Assembly: GCF_006345805.1 (NCBI RefSeq)
Contig: NC_043000.1
Span: 50,530,001-50,594,000, forward strand
Direction: 5' to 3'
Origin: Octopus sinensis
Taxonomy: Eukaryota
Length of the DNA stretch: 64,000 bases
The position numbers and the translations under genes were made by a program. Every line of letters begins with the position of its first letter. Positions within the stretch are counted from its first letter, which is position 1. This document shows, piece by piece, positions 12,857 to 25,198 of the stretch. The notes below the pieces were generated by a model, which worked only from the letters and a program-made list of their open reading frames with translations, did no database searches and was not told the origin of the DNA.

Positions 12857-13744
12857 GTCTGATGTATACTTCTGTTTGTTTTTTGTTTTTTTTTATTAAC
12901 TGTATAGTGTAATTTCAGAAAGATTTGTGAGTTATTTCTTATAAAGTGATTGACTGTGCAGAGGCTCCTTTCATGGCTCAAGTGTATTTAATTATGGGCC
13001 AAAATGACCCCTAACTGATTGTTACTTGCTTCTTAGAATAGAATCTTTAAATTGATATAGCTAGTTTTAATTACAAGAGAATTGATATTATATTCTGAAT
13101 ATTAATATAATTTGTGATATACCGAAAGTAAATGCATTTGCAATTTGCATGCAAATTATTTCATTATACTTAGACGGTGAGTCCCATTAACTATTTGATT
13201 ATGGGTGCACTGCTGTGGGGTTGCAGGCTTCAAATCCATATATCTAAATCAAGTTAATCTGATGAAATACATTCTTCATTCTGAGATATTGATGAGGGAA
13301 GGAACTCAGTACTGTATATCAACAAAATACCCACTTTATTTCTTTTCCATTTGTGTAAAATTTCCTTTAATGTATCTTTAGGTCTTCACTAATGATGTTT
13401 TATTCTTAAAGGTATAATATTACAGTAAACAAAATAGTCTTAATAGACTCCATTCTCTTGAGAACTAATGATTTTTGGTCGGTGATGTATGCATAAAATT
13501 GAGTAGTAAAATAGTTGAAATTGAAAAAAGAATATCATTGGTTCAATGCTTATCCTATTCTTTTTACCTCATTAGGCTTTATTTTTTTTTTTGAAGTTTT
13601 AGAATTCATTAATGAATATTTAAGTTCTGTTACAATATAATAATGATGAATTAATGATTAAACTTTTAGATGAAAATTATCAAATAAGATAGTAAATTGA
13701 CAAGAATATGTGTGATTATGAGTATTAATAATCATTTCTACTTC

Positions 13745-13941
13745 AAGCATATGGTCTGAGATTTGGAGGAGAAGAAGTCAATTACATTGACCCCATTGTT
13801 CAATTGGTACTTATTTTATCAACCCCAAAATGATGAAAAACAAAGTTTACCATGGCAGCATTTGAACTTCAAATGAAAAGCCATAAGAGATTCTGCTAAT
13901 GATTTTGTCTGGCATGCTGATTCTGCAAGCTTGCTGCCTTA
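13745..13941 (-). mobile_element. SINE family B, diverged
   Basis: ggtacttattttatcaaccccaaaatgatgaaaaacaaagtt is the reverse of the family B core; ends ttgctgcctta. Confidence 0.75.
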
Positions 13942-16234
13942 TATGAGTATGACTCAAAACAGTGTTGGTGTATATAATTTTCAACTGTTTTCTTATATGA
14001 GCATTGAGAGACAGTTTAAGCTTTAAGTTGTAATTTTTTTTCCTATACAGTAAATTCAGTTTTTATGCCGACGCTCTGAACTGTTGATATAATTATCAGA
14101 ATTAGAATATTATGCTTTCATAGATACAGTTTTAAGAAAATATTCTGGAAAATAACAATATAAATTTTGTTTTATAGGATTCAAAAGAAATCTTATATTT
14201 TAAGTACATGACATGTAAGGTATACTTTTAATCAAAACTAATTATAAACAAAGTGAAATATTCCGAGAATAAGATGATTGTATTTCTACAACATGTAAAA
14301 TGATTGCAATCAGAGATGTTATGAAAAGTTTAATGTACAAAATTTACATAGTCAAATGCACCAAAATTTTATATAAAACTAATAAATTAGTAATATATTT
14401 TTGTTGTGTTTAAGAAGAATCTTTTCCTATTTGTAATTTTTTCTCAAAGAGAGCTTGTCTATACAGAAGCTTTTAAAATTTGTTTCCATGGCTCCATATT
14501 TATGGAATTTTGGTCAACATTAAACCTTTAGATACATCATCGTGAAGGAGGAGACAATAAAAGGCAACCAATAAAGTATTGGTTGACATTTATGAACAGT
14601 GTTCACACAGTATTAAAACAATTATTTTGTGTATAATATGTAGATTCTCTCTAGATAAATTCTTTTGGCTTTCACAAGTGACATAGCATTTTATCCTAAG
14701 AATAGCAATTTTATCTCAAGAATAACATTTTCCCTTTTTCCTGAAAGATTTTATCACCTGTATGCTCTCATTGTGTCATGTATGCATTAAAATGCTAATA
14801 TTCATATATAAGAGCCATACTTTATGTTTCATTTCCTTTGTCTTCCTTATATTGTAAGTAAATTCATCTGAAGAAAGTTCTCTGTAGAATAAACTAATAT
14901 TAAAGAGCTTTAATTATGCTAGTAGCAGTATTCCTTAATCAAAGTAATAACTTCTACTAGGATACGTTTTGTATGGAAATACTTCCAGCTCTTATTGTCA
15001 AATGACAAGCCTGTGAAGTGCTTCTGAAATTCTTGAGAAAGCAATTAACATCAGAATCACACAAGATCCACACAATAAACCACTTATTTTATTGCAACTT
15101 TATATCTTTTGCATTCTCTCATGTAATCATGAATAGATCTCGAAACAAGTAATATGTTAGAATGTTCTAGAAATGTCTTGAACTTTACTTTAAATATAAA
15201 TATTTAAGGAAAATAACTAGTCAATTTTGATGCTGGTATCATTGTTTTAAAATAATTTTCCCAACTATTCTAAACATAAGGCTTCATCAAAAAATTCATT
15301 TTGAATACAGTTCTAGTAAAAAATCTTCCTTATTATGAGAATTCTGCTTTCAGAATACATTAGTTGAATGCTTTTGAAATTCCAAATACAATTTTAAAAT
15401 TTGTGATACAACATGCTGATAAATGATGATGGTTTTAGCTTATTAATCAGTCAAATTTAAAACTGATACACAGTAGAGCTGAATATGCTTTTATAAGTAT
15501 TCTCGTTCATCTTTTAGTTTTGGGTTATTTTTGTGATAATCCTTACATTTGAATAAGGATCTTTTGTAGACTTAAAATTGTTGAGTTTACAAGAGGTAAA
15601 AATCTATCCCCTTACAAAGTTACTAATATAAATCAGTATTTTAGTTATAGCAACTTAATAAATCTTGAGAAAATGGGAAGTTTTAGTAATTAGGAAAGAA
15701 TTTAAAATAAGAATCAAATATTCTCAATTGTATCAGCAACCAAGAATTTTTTGTTTAGAACATCAACCTAGAGATAAAGTACAATAAAATATCTCTACAA
15801 TTGCCAGGAAAATTTGCTCATTATCATTTCTTAGAAAATACTTATTTGAATAATATTTAAAAAATTTAAATAGTTGCTTATTGTTTCTGAATAATATGAT
15901 GAACCAAATTATTGTCCGTAATTAACATAAATATTAAAATTTATGTTCTCTACTGGAAATATATTTTATCTTTTTTACCAAATGTTTTGTCTACTGAGTG
16001 AAATATGTGCTTGCTAGAAAACAATTATTTTTCGATTTAACTTCTCATAATATTATAAGGGTCAGTCTGATAATTTCTGTGTATATTTGTGTGAGAGTAT
16101 GTGGTGTGTGCATGTGCATACCTACACAGGCACACATAGATGCACACTTAAACTGACATGCTCACACTCACACACAAATAAGCTTAGATTTCAGTTAAAA
16201 TGCTTGGAATATTACATGAAAGTATATCATTGTT

Positions 16235-16296
<62 letters not shown>
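16235..16296. repeat. (AT)n microsatellite
   Basis: Directly visible. Confidence 0.97.
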
Positions 16297-16338
16297 AACA
16301 ATGATATATTTTCATGTAATATTCCAAGCATTTTAACT

Positions 16339-16396
16339 GTGGATTTGGGAGCTAGAAACTAATATATGGGCATGTGTGTGTGTGCGCACGCACATG

Positions 16397-16453
<57 letters not shown>
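16339..16453 (+). repeat. Family A-like SINE fragment plus (GT)n/(AT)n microsatellite
   Basis: gtggatttgggagctagaaactaatatatg is the exact inverse of 20884-20913. Confidence 0.7.
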
Positions 16454-16457
<4 letters not shown>

Positions 16458-16674
16458 AGTACTCTATAATAGTAACCTTTTTCAAATCATTTACTTATTG
16501 ATTGTAACTTTCTTGAACTGTGACTCAGTGCCACGTGAGTTTTAGTCTAGGCAATGATGGACAGATGTAGATATTTGTCAAGTATGGTGACACATGGAGT
16601 TATTATTGTTGTTGTTGTTGTTATTATTTAAATTTTTTAATTGTGCATCTGCATGTGAATGAAAGTGTAATAAA

Positions 16675-16905
16675 GCACTTAGGGTGTTGCACTCATAATC
16701 AAATGATAATGATTTTGATTTCTGGATTGAACAACATTTTGTGTTTTTGAGCAAAACACTTTGTTTCATACTGCAACCTATCCATTCAGCTGTAAATAAG
16801 TCCCAGCAATAGCTGGGAACGTATCCCTACAACAGACAGGTCACTTATATACTATAGAAACTGGATGCAGTGCCATCTTTATGAATCCTTGGGCTCATGA
16901 CAGAC
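16675..16905 (+). mobile_element. SINE family C (tRNA-like head, TTGAGCAAAACACTT and CCATTCAGCTG body)
   Basis: agggtgttgcactcat...gtgtttttgagcaaaacacttt...tccattcagctgtaaat; homologous to 40940-41172, 47700-47950 and 48432-48730. Confidence 0.7.
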
Positions 16906-19514
16906 CTATGTCTTTCATTACATTTCATATATGTATTAAATGATATATTGACTGGATAATCATGATTGAAACACATTTGTGTGTTTACCTATTATGACAA
17001 GTTATTGAAACAATATTACATTTTAAGAAGTAACCGTTCTTCTAGTGTTATACATTACACAAATGGAGTTATGTAGTAGCATATAAATTGAAACTAAGTA
17101 CATTTTGTTACTTTCTTCTTTTGGTTTTACTATTTACTTTAGAATCATTTCTGCATGTTAGTAAGATAGTCAACAATTTTGGGCAATACAATCTTATGTA
17201 CACTATTATGAAACAGTGAATATTGAAAGTATTATGACTGTCACTGAAAAGTGTAACAGTATTATAGTGGTTTAATCTGTCCTGAATATTGCAGCACACT
17301 TAAAGCCAGAAAAAATGGATTTTTTAGTCCAAATGTTTGGTTTAAACAAATAAATGCAGTATTTCTTAGAGCTTAACCATCAATCTAACATACATAAGTG
17401 TTAAATACTATTCAGTAGTTTATAGATCTGGATTTGAAAGAAATGATTTAATTTTGCATCCTTTTGGATTTTTAAAGTACATACCGTAATATCTGGTTTT
17501 GAAATAGGAGAAGCCAACTGAAACTGAAACTCAATTTTGGTACTACTAATGCATTATTCTAGTGCTGTCATTCAATAAATATACTCACTAAAATCTTTAG
17601 AGCATATGTTGACAATCATTCTATTTCGTATATTTCATAAAGCTGTATAAGTATGAAATATTTCACCCTTCATAAGAGCAAGACATTAGAAAGTGAAAGC
17701 TTTTAGTAATAACTCAGCAAAAGACTTTAATTTAAACTATATAACTATTTTAGCGTTGTATTAAATATAAATTACATTTCTCTGGATAGAAGATAGAATA
17801 ATCAGTGGCTAAAGTATTGAATTCTAGATAGTAAGGTGTAAGTTTATCTATTTGCAGATATTTCTTTTCTGTGACTGAAATCTTAATTCTACTTGCCTTC
17901 ATTAATATGACTTCAAATACTCTAGCTTCTGGGAATGTAATTTGTGATAAGTTAGTATCATATATAGTAAGAATGTTATTCATCTTCAATAAATATCAAA
18001 TTAGGAAACTAGTGATTATAAATCCGATCTTGTCCTTAATAGTTCTTTTTCTTTTGTTATACTTTGCTCTTGTTTATACACTCTATGTTTATTTAAAATA
18101 TCTGGCCAAGTTATTACAATTACTATTTGTATTATTGATAACCTCTAGAATACTTACATTAAAATATATATATATATAACTTCATAATTTAATATAGTAA
18201 TATTTTCCCTGTTAATTTTTCTGAAACATCCTTTGTAATTTTAGAAAAAAAACAACAAAATATATGAGTATTTCTTTCTTGACTAATATTTCAGTTTCCT
18301 TTTCTTCCATTATATCCCCATAAGAAATTTCTCTAATTCTTTTTGTTCATAAAAGTCACATTTTATGTATGATATTCCTGTCACCTTCACAAAAAAAAAA
18401 GCACAATACTTTAGCAGGAGGCATTTAAGAACATAAATGCTACTACTGCTATGACTGCAACCCATTAATGACAATGTTTTTAAAGAGAAGTATTTTTCTG
18501 AGACTGTCATTCTATTTTTCTCCTTTCCTTATTGATTTTTCTAATAGAGGAGTTTAAATTAACTTTAAATTATTACATTCATTACACATGGAAAAGGGAG
18601 CAAAGGAAAACCAAATTATATGAAAGCTAATCGAATCATTTTGTTGTTAAGCATATTTTTGCATTGCTATGGTATATTGAAATTTCTAATCTTTACTCCC
18701 CTAAATATGTTTGGAAAGTTTACAATTTTGCTTCTTCTTATAAACACCATAGGTTGACAGTGTCTCACCACATTTTCGTTCCACTTAACAAGGAACAGTG
18801 AGCCAAAGAAAATACAGAATATTTTTGTATTTAAATTGTATGTTGAAATTTATAACCTTTCCTACCATTAATGTTAGTTTGCAGGTTCATTAAATGTTGC
18901 TTCTTGTAAACACTAATAGGTGACAATTATCTCATTGCATTTGCACAATATACTTCTCTGGCACATGTGCTGATTTGAAATAATAATGTGTAGGCATTTA
19001 TAAAGCATTTAATATGAAGAATATAATCACTCTGTGAAGTTTATTCTTGATTACAAGGAGATTTTAAAGTTGCAGATATTGTTCATTTGGGAAAGTTTTT
19101 CCAATTAAACGGTTAAGTAGTTGATGAAGTAAATTTTAAGTGTATTAGAATTCATTTTCTTCCTCTTTTAAAAATTCAGAGGGAAATTGAGAAGCAATTC
19201 TCTTCACTAGTTTTAATTCTCAGTTTTTATCTACATTTTAATCTTCATATATAACTGTTTACACAAGTAAGCACATACATGAAAACAAAGTGGGGAAAAA
19301 TAGTATTCAAATAGCAAAGGTAAAGCAATATTCTTTTTAATAAACCTGAAAAAGTCTTCACAAGCTGTTATTCAGTTTCACATTACAGTTCTGTAGTACA
19401 CTGCATAGCAGCTAGTATTAGAACAGGTCAAGTATTAGTCTCTGATAGATTGTTGTTAAAGAACATGTGGCATGCGAGAGAATGAAATAACATTAAATTA
19501 GTACTGTTCAAACT

Positions 19515-19595
19515 ACTGAAAGAAGCTCATCATAAGTGCCCCAGCATGGCCACAGCTCATTAGCTGAAACTGTAAAATCAAAATCAAAATCAAAT
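19515..19595 (+). mobile_element. Internally deleted SINE: family A mid-piece joined to a CAGCT-hairpin tail with (AAAATC)n
   Basis: actgaaagaagctcatcata (cf. family A actgaaagaagc..tcgtata) abuts gtgccccagcatggccacagctcattagctgaaactg. Confidence 0.6.
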
Positions 19596-19604
19596 ATATA
19601 TATC

Positions 19605-19751
19605 TGCCATTCCCTGTACATCGGACAAATGGGATGCCGCTTGGCTGACCGGTTCGCGGAACACCTCCGTGACATCCGCCTTGCCAATGACACACCGGTC
19701 TCACGCCATTTCTGCTCCACCGGTCACTCTTTGCAACACCTGTCTGTGTTC
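19605..19751 (+). mobile_element. Penelope-like element GIY-YIG endonuclease fragment, 5' truncated
   Basis: CHSLYIGQMGCRLADRFAEHLRDIRLANDTPVSRHFCSTGHSLQHLSVF fits the PLE YIGxTxRxLxxRxxEH...PVxxHF...H pattern; CpG-rich; followed by a C-rich/(CACTA)n tract to about 19995. Confidence 0.88.
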
Positions 19752-20101
19752 CCCCTCATCTCTCCTCCCTCCCCCCTCATCTCATCTTCTCTCTCCTCTC
19801 CCCCCTTTCACTCTCCCCACAACCTCCACTCTAGCCAACCTCCAGCCGAACCCACACCCCACATGGGCTTTCCTCACCTCCCCACATCACACTACACTAC
19901 ACCATACGACACTACACTACACCATACAACATTACACATCACATCATACATACATACACACGTCCAGACCTTTCATACTCTCTCATACACACACGCACCC
20001 TTATGTTAAATTTGATATGTATGCCAGAAAATACCATAAGTGTGAGCAATAATTTTTTGTTCTCATAGGATGTTTCAAATTCTTCCTAAGTTGAAAATAT
20101 T

Positions 20102-20315
20102 CTTTTTCTACTCGAGGCACAAGGCCCAAAAATTTTGGGGTGGGGCCCAGTCGATTAGATTAAACTCAGTACACAACTGGTACTTACTTTATTGACCCCG
20201 AAAGCATGAAAGGCAGAGTTGACGTTGGCGGAATTTGAACTCAGAATGTAAAGGTAGATGAAATACTACAAAGTATTTCACCTGATGTCCTAACGTTTCT
20301 GCCAGCTTGCTGCCT
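20102..20315 (-). mobile_element. SINE family B, full length with 15-bp TSD
   Basis: TAAGTTGAAAATATT at 20087-20101 and 20316-20330; core present on the minus strand. Confidence 0.92.
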
Positions 20316-20834
20316 TAAGTTGAAAATATTATAGGATATATATATGTCTCTCTATTAAAACAATAATTGATTTAACTGAGACTGTGTAAAACTGTGAACA
20401 AATACAATTTACTTTTCTTTGCATGTTAATATGGACTATCATAGAGAAGAGAGCTTAATCTGTATTGAAAAAGGAAAAGCAGGGGTGTGAAGGCTTTCAG
20501 ATTACAATAGAGGCATGGTACTGCATGAGGCATTTCAGATCAAAGTGTGTGAAACATATTGAATTTTTGTCACAATCAGGTTATGATTGTTATCATCTTT
20601 ATCATTTACTTTATCATGCTTGGTTGGAGTTTATTGAAGCAGATCTTCTAATGTTGGAAGCCCTTCCTGTTTCCAACCTTCACCTACTTCCAAGTAAGGT
20701 AATATTTCTTCATTGACAGATGTTTGTGTAGAATACTGAAAATGAATGACTGTATTTTTATGACAGCGACACGCATTAACAATTATCATATGCTGTCAAG
20801 ATGAAGAAATACAAACCTACACACACTCATACAC

Positions 20835-21013
20835 ATATGTATGCATGTGTGTGCGCACACACACACACACACACACACACGCACATATATTAGTTTCTAG
20901 CTCCCAAATCCACTAATAAGGCTTTGGACAGCTCTGGGCTATTGTTGAAGACTGAATCTAAAGTATTGTTGTTGAGAAGCAAATTTCTTAACCATGCAGC
21001 CATGCCTGTACCT
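20835..21013 (-). mobile_element. Family A-like SINE, deleted, with (CA)n
   Basis: aaatccactaataaggctttgg...gctattgttgaagac...cttaaccatgcagccatgcctg. Confidence 0.65.
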
Positions 21014-23569
21014 ACTGTGCAATAGATGATTGGGAAAGCTAGAGATAATTGCTGGAAAAAAGAACACCTCAGTACATTTTTATCTGCCTGATTGCATATT
21101 AATAAGCTAGCTAATCATCCCTTATTGATCAGTCAGCAATTCACAATAACTTTATGATTGGCAACTTCACTGAATGTGTAACAGTGTGGAGTTCTGTAGC
21201 AAATTTTAGTGTGATAAACATATTTTTTAGTGAGAACAAATATGCAGTCACTGTGAATTCTGATCATTAAATGCTCATATTGTGCACCTTCTTTTTCTCA
21301 GAAAAGTATTGACATGGCATTAATAAATGACATGCATAGTTTCAACTTATGTTTCTCAATCCAATTTCACTTTGTTTACTACCTTATAAGGAATTACAGA
21401 GGCTCTTTGTTGTGAATGGTCCACTGGTGAGAAAATGTCTTACCTGATGTCATAACTGATGTAACAGTTTAAATTATAAAGTGTCATGGTTACATTTGTA
21501 TATTCCATTGCTTATCTGAAGTTTTCCTATTTGCTAATTTGTATGTTCATATTAAGAAGTTTTTCATTCTGATGTATTATATTCAAACTATGAATTTGTG
21601 ATTATGCGTTGTACTGGTTGTGCTCTGTCTTATGAGTTTTTAATGATATATTCATGTATTATATATAATCAGATTGCATTTGGTTCTAACAATATATAAT
21701 ATGTGTGGCTTGTCTATTTTTAGTGAGTGCTAAATATATGGAAATGTTCAACAATTGCTATGCATCTTTATATTTGAATATATGTTTTTGATTTTATAGA
21801 CGTACATAATATAATCAGTAGTCTGAATCTTAGCATTTTTTAATATATTGACAAAAACGATACTTGCTATGTTTAATATATTAAAAAATTGTGATGATAA
21901 TAGTTTTTAGCCTTACTCAGCTGAAACAATTATAAAGATAAATAATTAGATTGTTAAAGGAAGAGAAAGGAAAGCCAAAAACTATGACTTGAACAGTTCT
22001 TATTTTCTTTTGCTCCTATCTTGTTTTATTTGGTAAGCACAATTTTCCAACAGGTTTCTATGCAGCCATTTATTTGAATTATAATTTCTGAATTTGAAAC
22101 AATTAAGTATAAAGTCTTTATGACATTGCTGACTATCCTGTTGGCTCTATAGATCTTAGCACAAAGGAAACTATGCTGGTGAGATGTGCTCATTCACAAT
22201 ATAATAAAAAGGCTCTAATTTTAATTTCTTAGGCCCAACTGCAGTTAAAGGATATTCTGAGGGATTAATAAGAGTATTGTTGGGAGTGAAGCTCAAGCAA
22301 ATCTAGTGTTACTAATAAAATGATAATATTTATAATTAAATTCTGAAAGCATTATAATTAGCAATATTATATATAAAGTATATCTTAAATATAAAATCCT
22401 GTTTTTGATAGGGCTTTGAGAAAATATTGTGTGTGTGTGTGTAAGCTTTATGTGTATATTCGTGAATAAAGATAACATTTAAGACTTATTGATTTCCTTG
22501 GGTATATTGAATTACTTTGCACATACTCTCTCACTCTCTTTCTATGAATTTTTCTCTCATTTCCTATGTATGTTTATCTGTCTGCCTTTTTCTCCTTCTG
22601 GTAAAACATTATTTTTATCTTCATGAGACATCTAATTCTTTATATAAATTTCTGTGGAGTTAAGTGTGCATGTATGAGTGTACATTTGTGATTTAGGAGC
22701 AAAAGCATATATTTGTTAACCATGTGTAAATAGTAATTTTAAAAGCAGCCTATTGCTAAATAAGCAGTGTAAAATATAGAAATAACAATCTCAATAAAAT
22801 ATGATGTACTCTTACAATAAACAAAAAAAATTGTATTTGCTCTCAACCATTTCCGTTTTCTATTAGTTCAATATGTTTTACAAGCTAGTATGGGTTGGAT
22901 AAATATTTGATTTGTTAGCATTTTTTATGGTTAAATATCGTTACTTGTGCCAACCAGTTTGCCAGTGAATAAATGTGTTTTTAATTTCCCCATGCTAAAT
23001 GTGTTACCTCTGCCCTTTGGTATATTAGATTTATTTTTATGTTGTAATTGCTTTAAAAGCTACTTCCCTTTTCATTTCAAAGAAAAAGAAATTGAAATAA
23101 CTTTCTATTCACTCTCATCCAATGAAATGATGTGTGAAAATGGAGTTACATAGAATATATGAATTTTGGGGAAAAAGGAAAGTAATATAGTGTAAGATAA
23201 CTATAGGCAGATAATGCTTATGAGTTTATATTAATATAATAATGTATATATTTTTATATCCATTCAAATAATGATGAAGTTATACTAGTAACTATAGAAT
23301 AGTCCAGAAAGTAATATTGTATGAAAACTAGTGTAGAATGTCTTCTGTTATAGAAGTTCATTGTATCAAAAGCATCTAAAAGTACATACTTTAAAAGTAC
23401 CTAATGCCATTTCCCCTCATTTATTAATATCCCACTGATTCCCGAGAGATTACTGCTGTTGGTAAATTTTAACTGTTATAGAGACAAGCTAGCTAAATAT
23501 GAGTTTTGTTTTATTATTAGTCTATGAAGTAAAAGCACTGTTTATTGCATGCAAGAAAGAACACACGCA

Positions 23570-23790
23570 TCAATTTGGAGTGCAGAGAAATATAAGACTG
23601 ATGTGGTTAATGTGAAGTTTCAAAAGGATGGACAGTAGGAAATAAGATGGATATGGAAGAAAATTATGAAAATGTATGTTGCTCTACTGTGGACATGCTC
23701 TGATGTATAAAGATAGGAAGCTGAATAGATATTAAATTACTATTAGATCTCTTTCCTTGACTTCACATATCATCATCATCATCATCACAA
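23570..23790 (+). mobile_element. Probable RTE LINE 3' remnant
   Basis: LLYCGHALMYKDR resembles RLRWxGHVxRM; heavily decayed. Confidence 0.35.
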
Positions 23791-24467
23791 AAAAATTATG
23801 AATGAGACTTTGATGGCATTCCTAATAACCAATAAAGCGGTCTCATAGTTAACAGGGTTCCTGATAAGGTTAATATCACCCTGCCCCCTACAAAAGCATA
23901 TAAAATCGTTTTTTATATTAAAAGTATAAAATAACTGAAGTGTAAATATTGTGTAAAGCATTGGACTTAAACTGTGGACTTAAACGTTTTTTTTATGATT
24001 TATGTAATCTTAGCAATGAAAAATGAGAAAAAAATATTGTGATATTAGGTCTTAGAACTGAGGGGTTTTGCTTAGAGAACACAAAATAAGCAGTCACTTG
24101 TGCCATATTTTAGATCTTGCTTGCATTTCCTCACATTCATATTAACTAGCTATGCAGATGCCTGGCATGACAGATTATTACCATGACAATCATAAATTCT
24201 CTCAACATTAAGTATCAGCTATAACATAGTGATATCTACCATTTACAAATGTTAACATAAAATTGAATTCCCAAACAACTGAAATAATTTGATGTAAGCT
24301 CACATATGACTCAGAAATTATGTCTTCTTGACTATTGATCTTCACACATATGTGTTTATGGATATGAGTTAATTTTAATTTTACTTCCTGACATAAATAT
24401 CATTATGACTATTATTTCACATTCTTTTTGTTGATAATTTTATTTGAAGTTTGTGTAATAATCTTTG

Positions 24468-24545
24468 CCTCAGATGTCGATGCAATTAACTAATTCCCCC
24501 ACCCACTAAAATTTCAGACTTGCGCCTAGAGTAGTAAGAATTATT
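24468..24545 (+). mobile_element. SINE family B 3' fragment
   Basis: gtcgatgcaattaactaattcccc...aaaatttcagacttgcgcctagagtag matches the family B tail. Confidence 0.55.
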
Positions 24546-24799
24546 AATTTCTAAACAATTTTGGTTTATTATCTGAAAAGTTTTATTTTGATATATGAAA
24601 CTAGTACACAATTCTTTTGTTTTACATTATCACTATTTTGGTATGTTGACGGTTTTGCTTTGTCGTGGAGGTTTTAAATAAGATCAAAACTGGCCTGAAG
24701 TTTTTCATCCATACTTGCTGAGAACAAAAATAATCATCATTGACTATTATTAATGTTACTTTACCTCATTATCACATATTTATTTATAGATTCTATGAT

Positions 24800-25198
24800 T
24801 TGTATGATGCATGTGTATGAACTCAATGCTGCATGGTAGTGAGATGTGGGCATAGAATGTAATGCATATATGGAAGTTAGAAAGAAAAAAGGTGAGCATG
24901 ATTTTCTAGATTAAAATGTTTTGGATGATGAGGCATAGAGGAAGTGAGAGAAGAATTAAGTATAAGAGAAATAAATATTCTGGTAAGGACATGCAAGATT
25001 TGTGTGGAAAGCTCCAAAGGAAGAGGAAGGCCAAAGAAGACATAGGCAGATGTGTTGAAAGTTGATCTCAGGAATCTGGATTTCACATAGAAAATGACAA
25101 AGGAATGCAACAATTGAGAGGATACTGTGTTGGTTCATCCACTCCATACAAGCTGGGTAAAACAGTTGTTAAAAAGATAACTATGATGATGATAATGC
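24800..25198 (+). mobile_element. RTE-clade LINE 3' end
   Basis: LYDACV..MLHGSEMWA, LERKKVSM, GRGRPKKT*ADVLKVDLRNL..KMT, ending in (gat)n; same motifs as the 35.6-36.6 kb copy. Confidence 0.8.

Noticed and set aside
20465-20750. 83-aa plus ORF, and minus-strand YSTQTSVNEEILPYLE between AG and GT
   Set aside because: Ambiguous between chance, a pogo-like C-terminal fossil and an exon; no recognisable motif strong enough.
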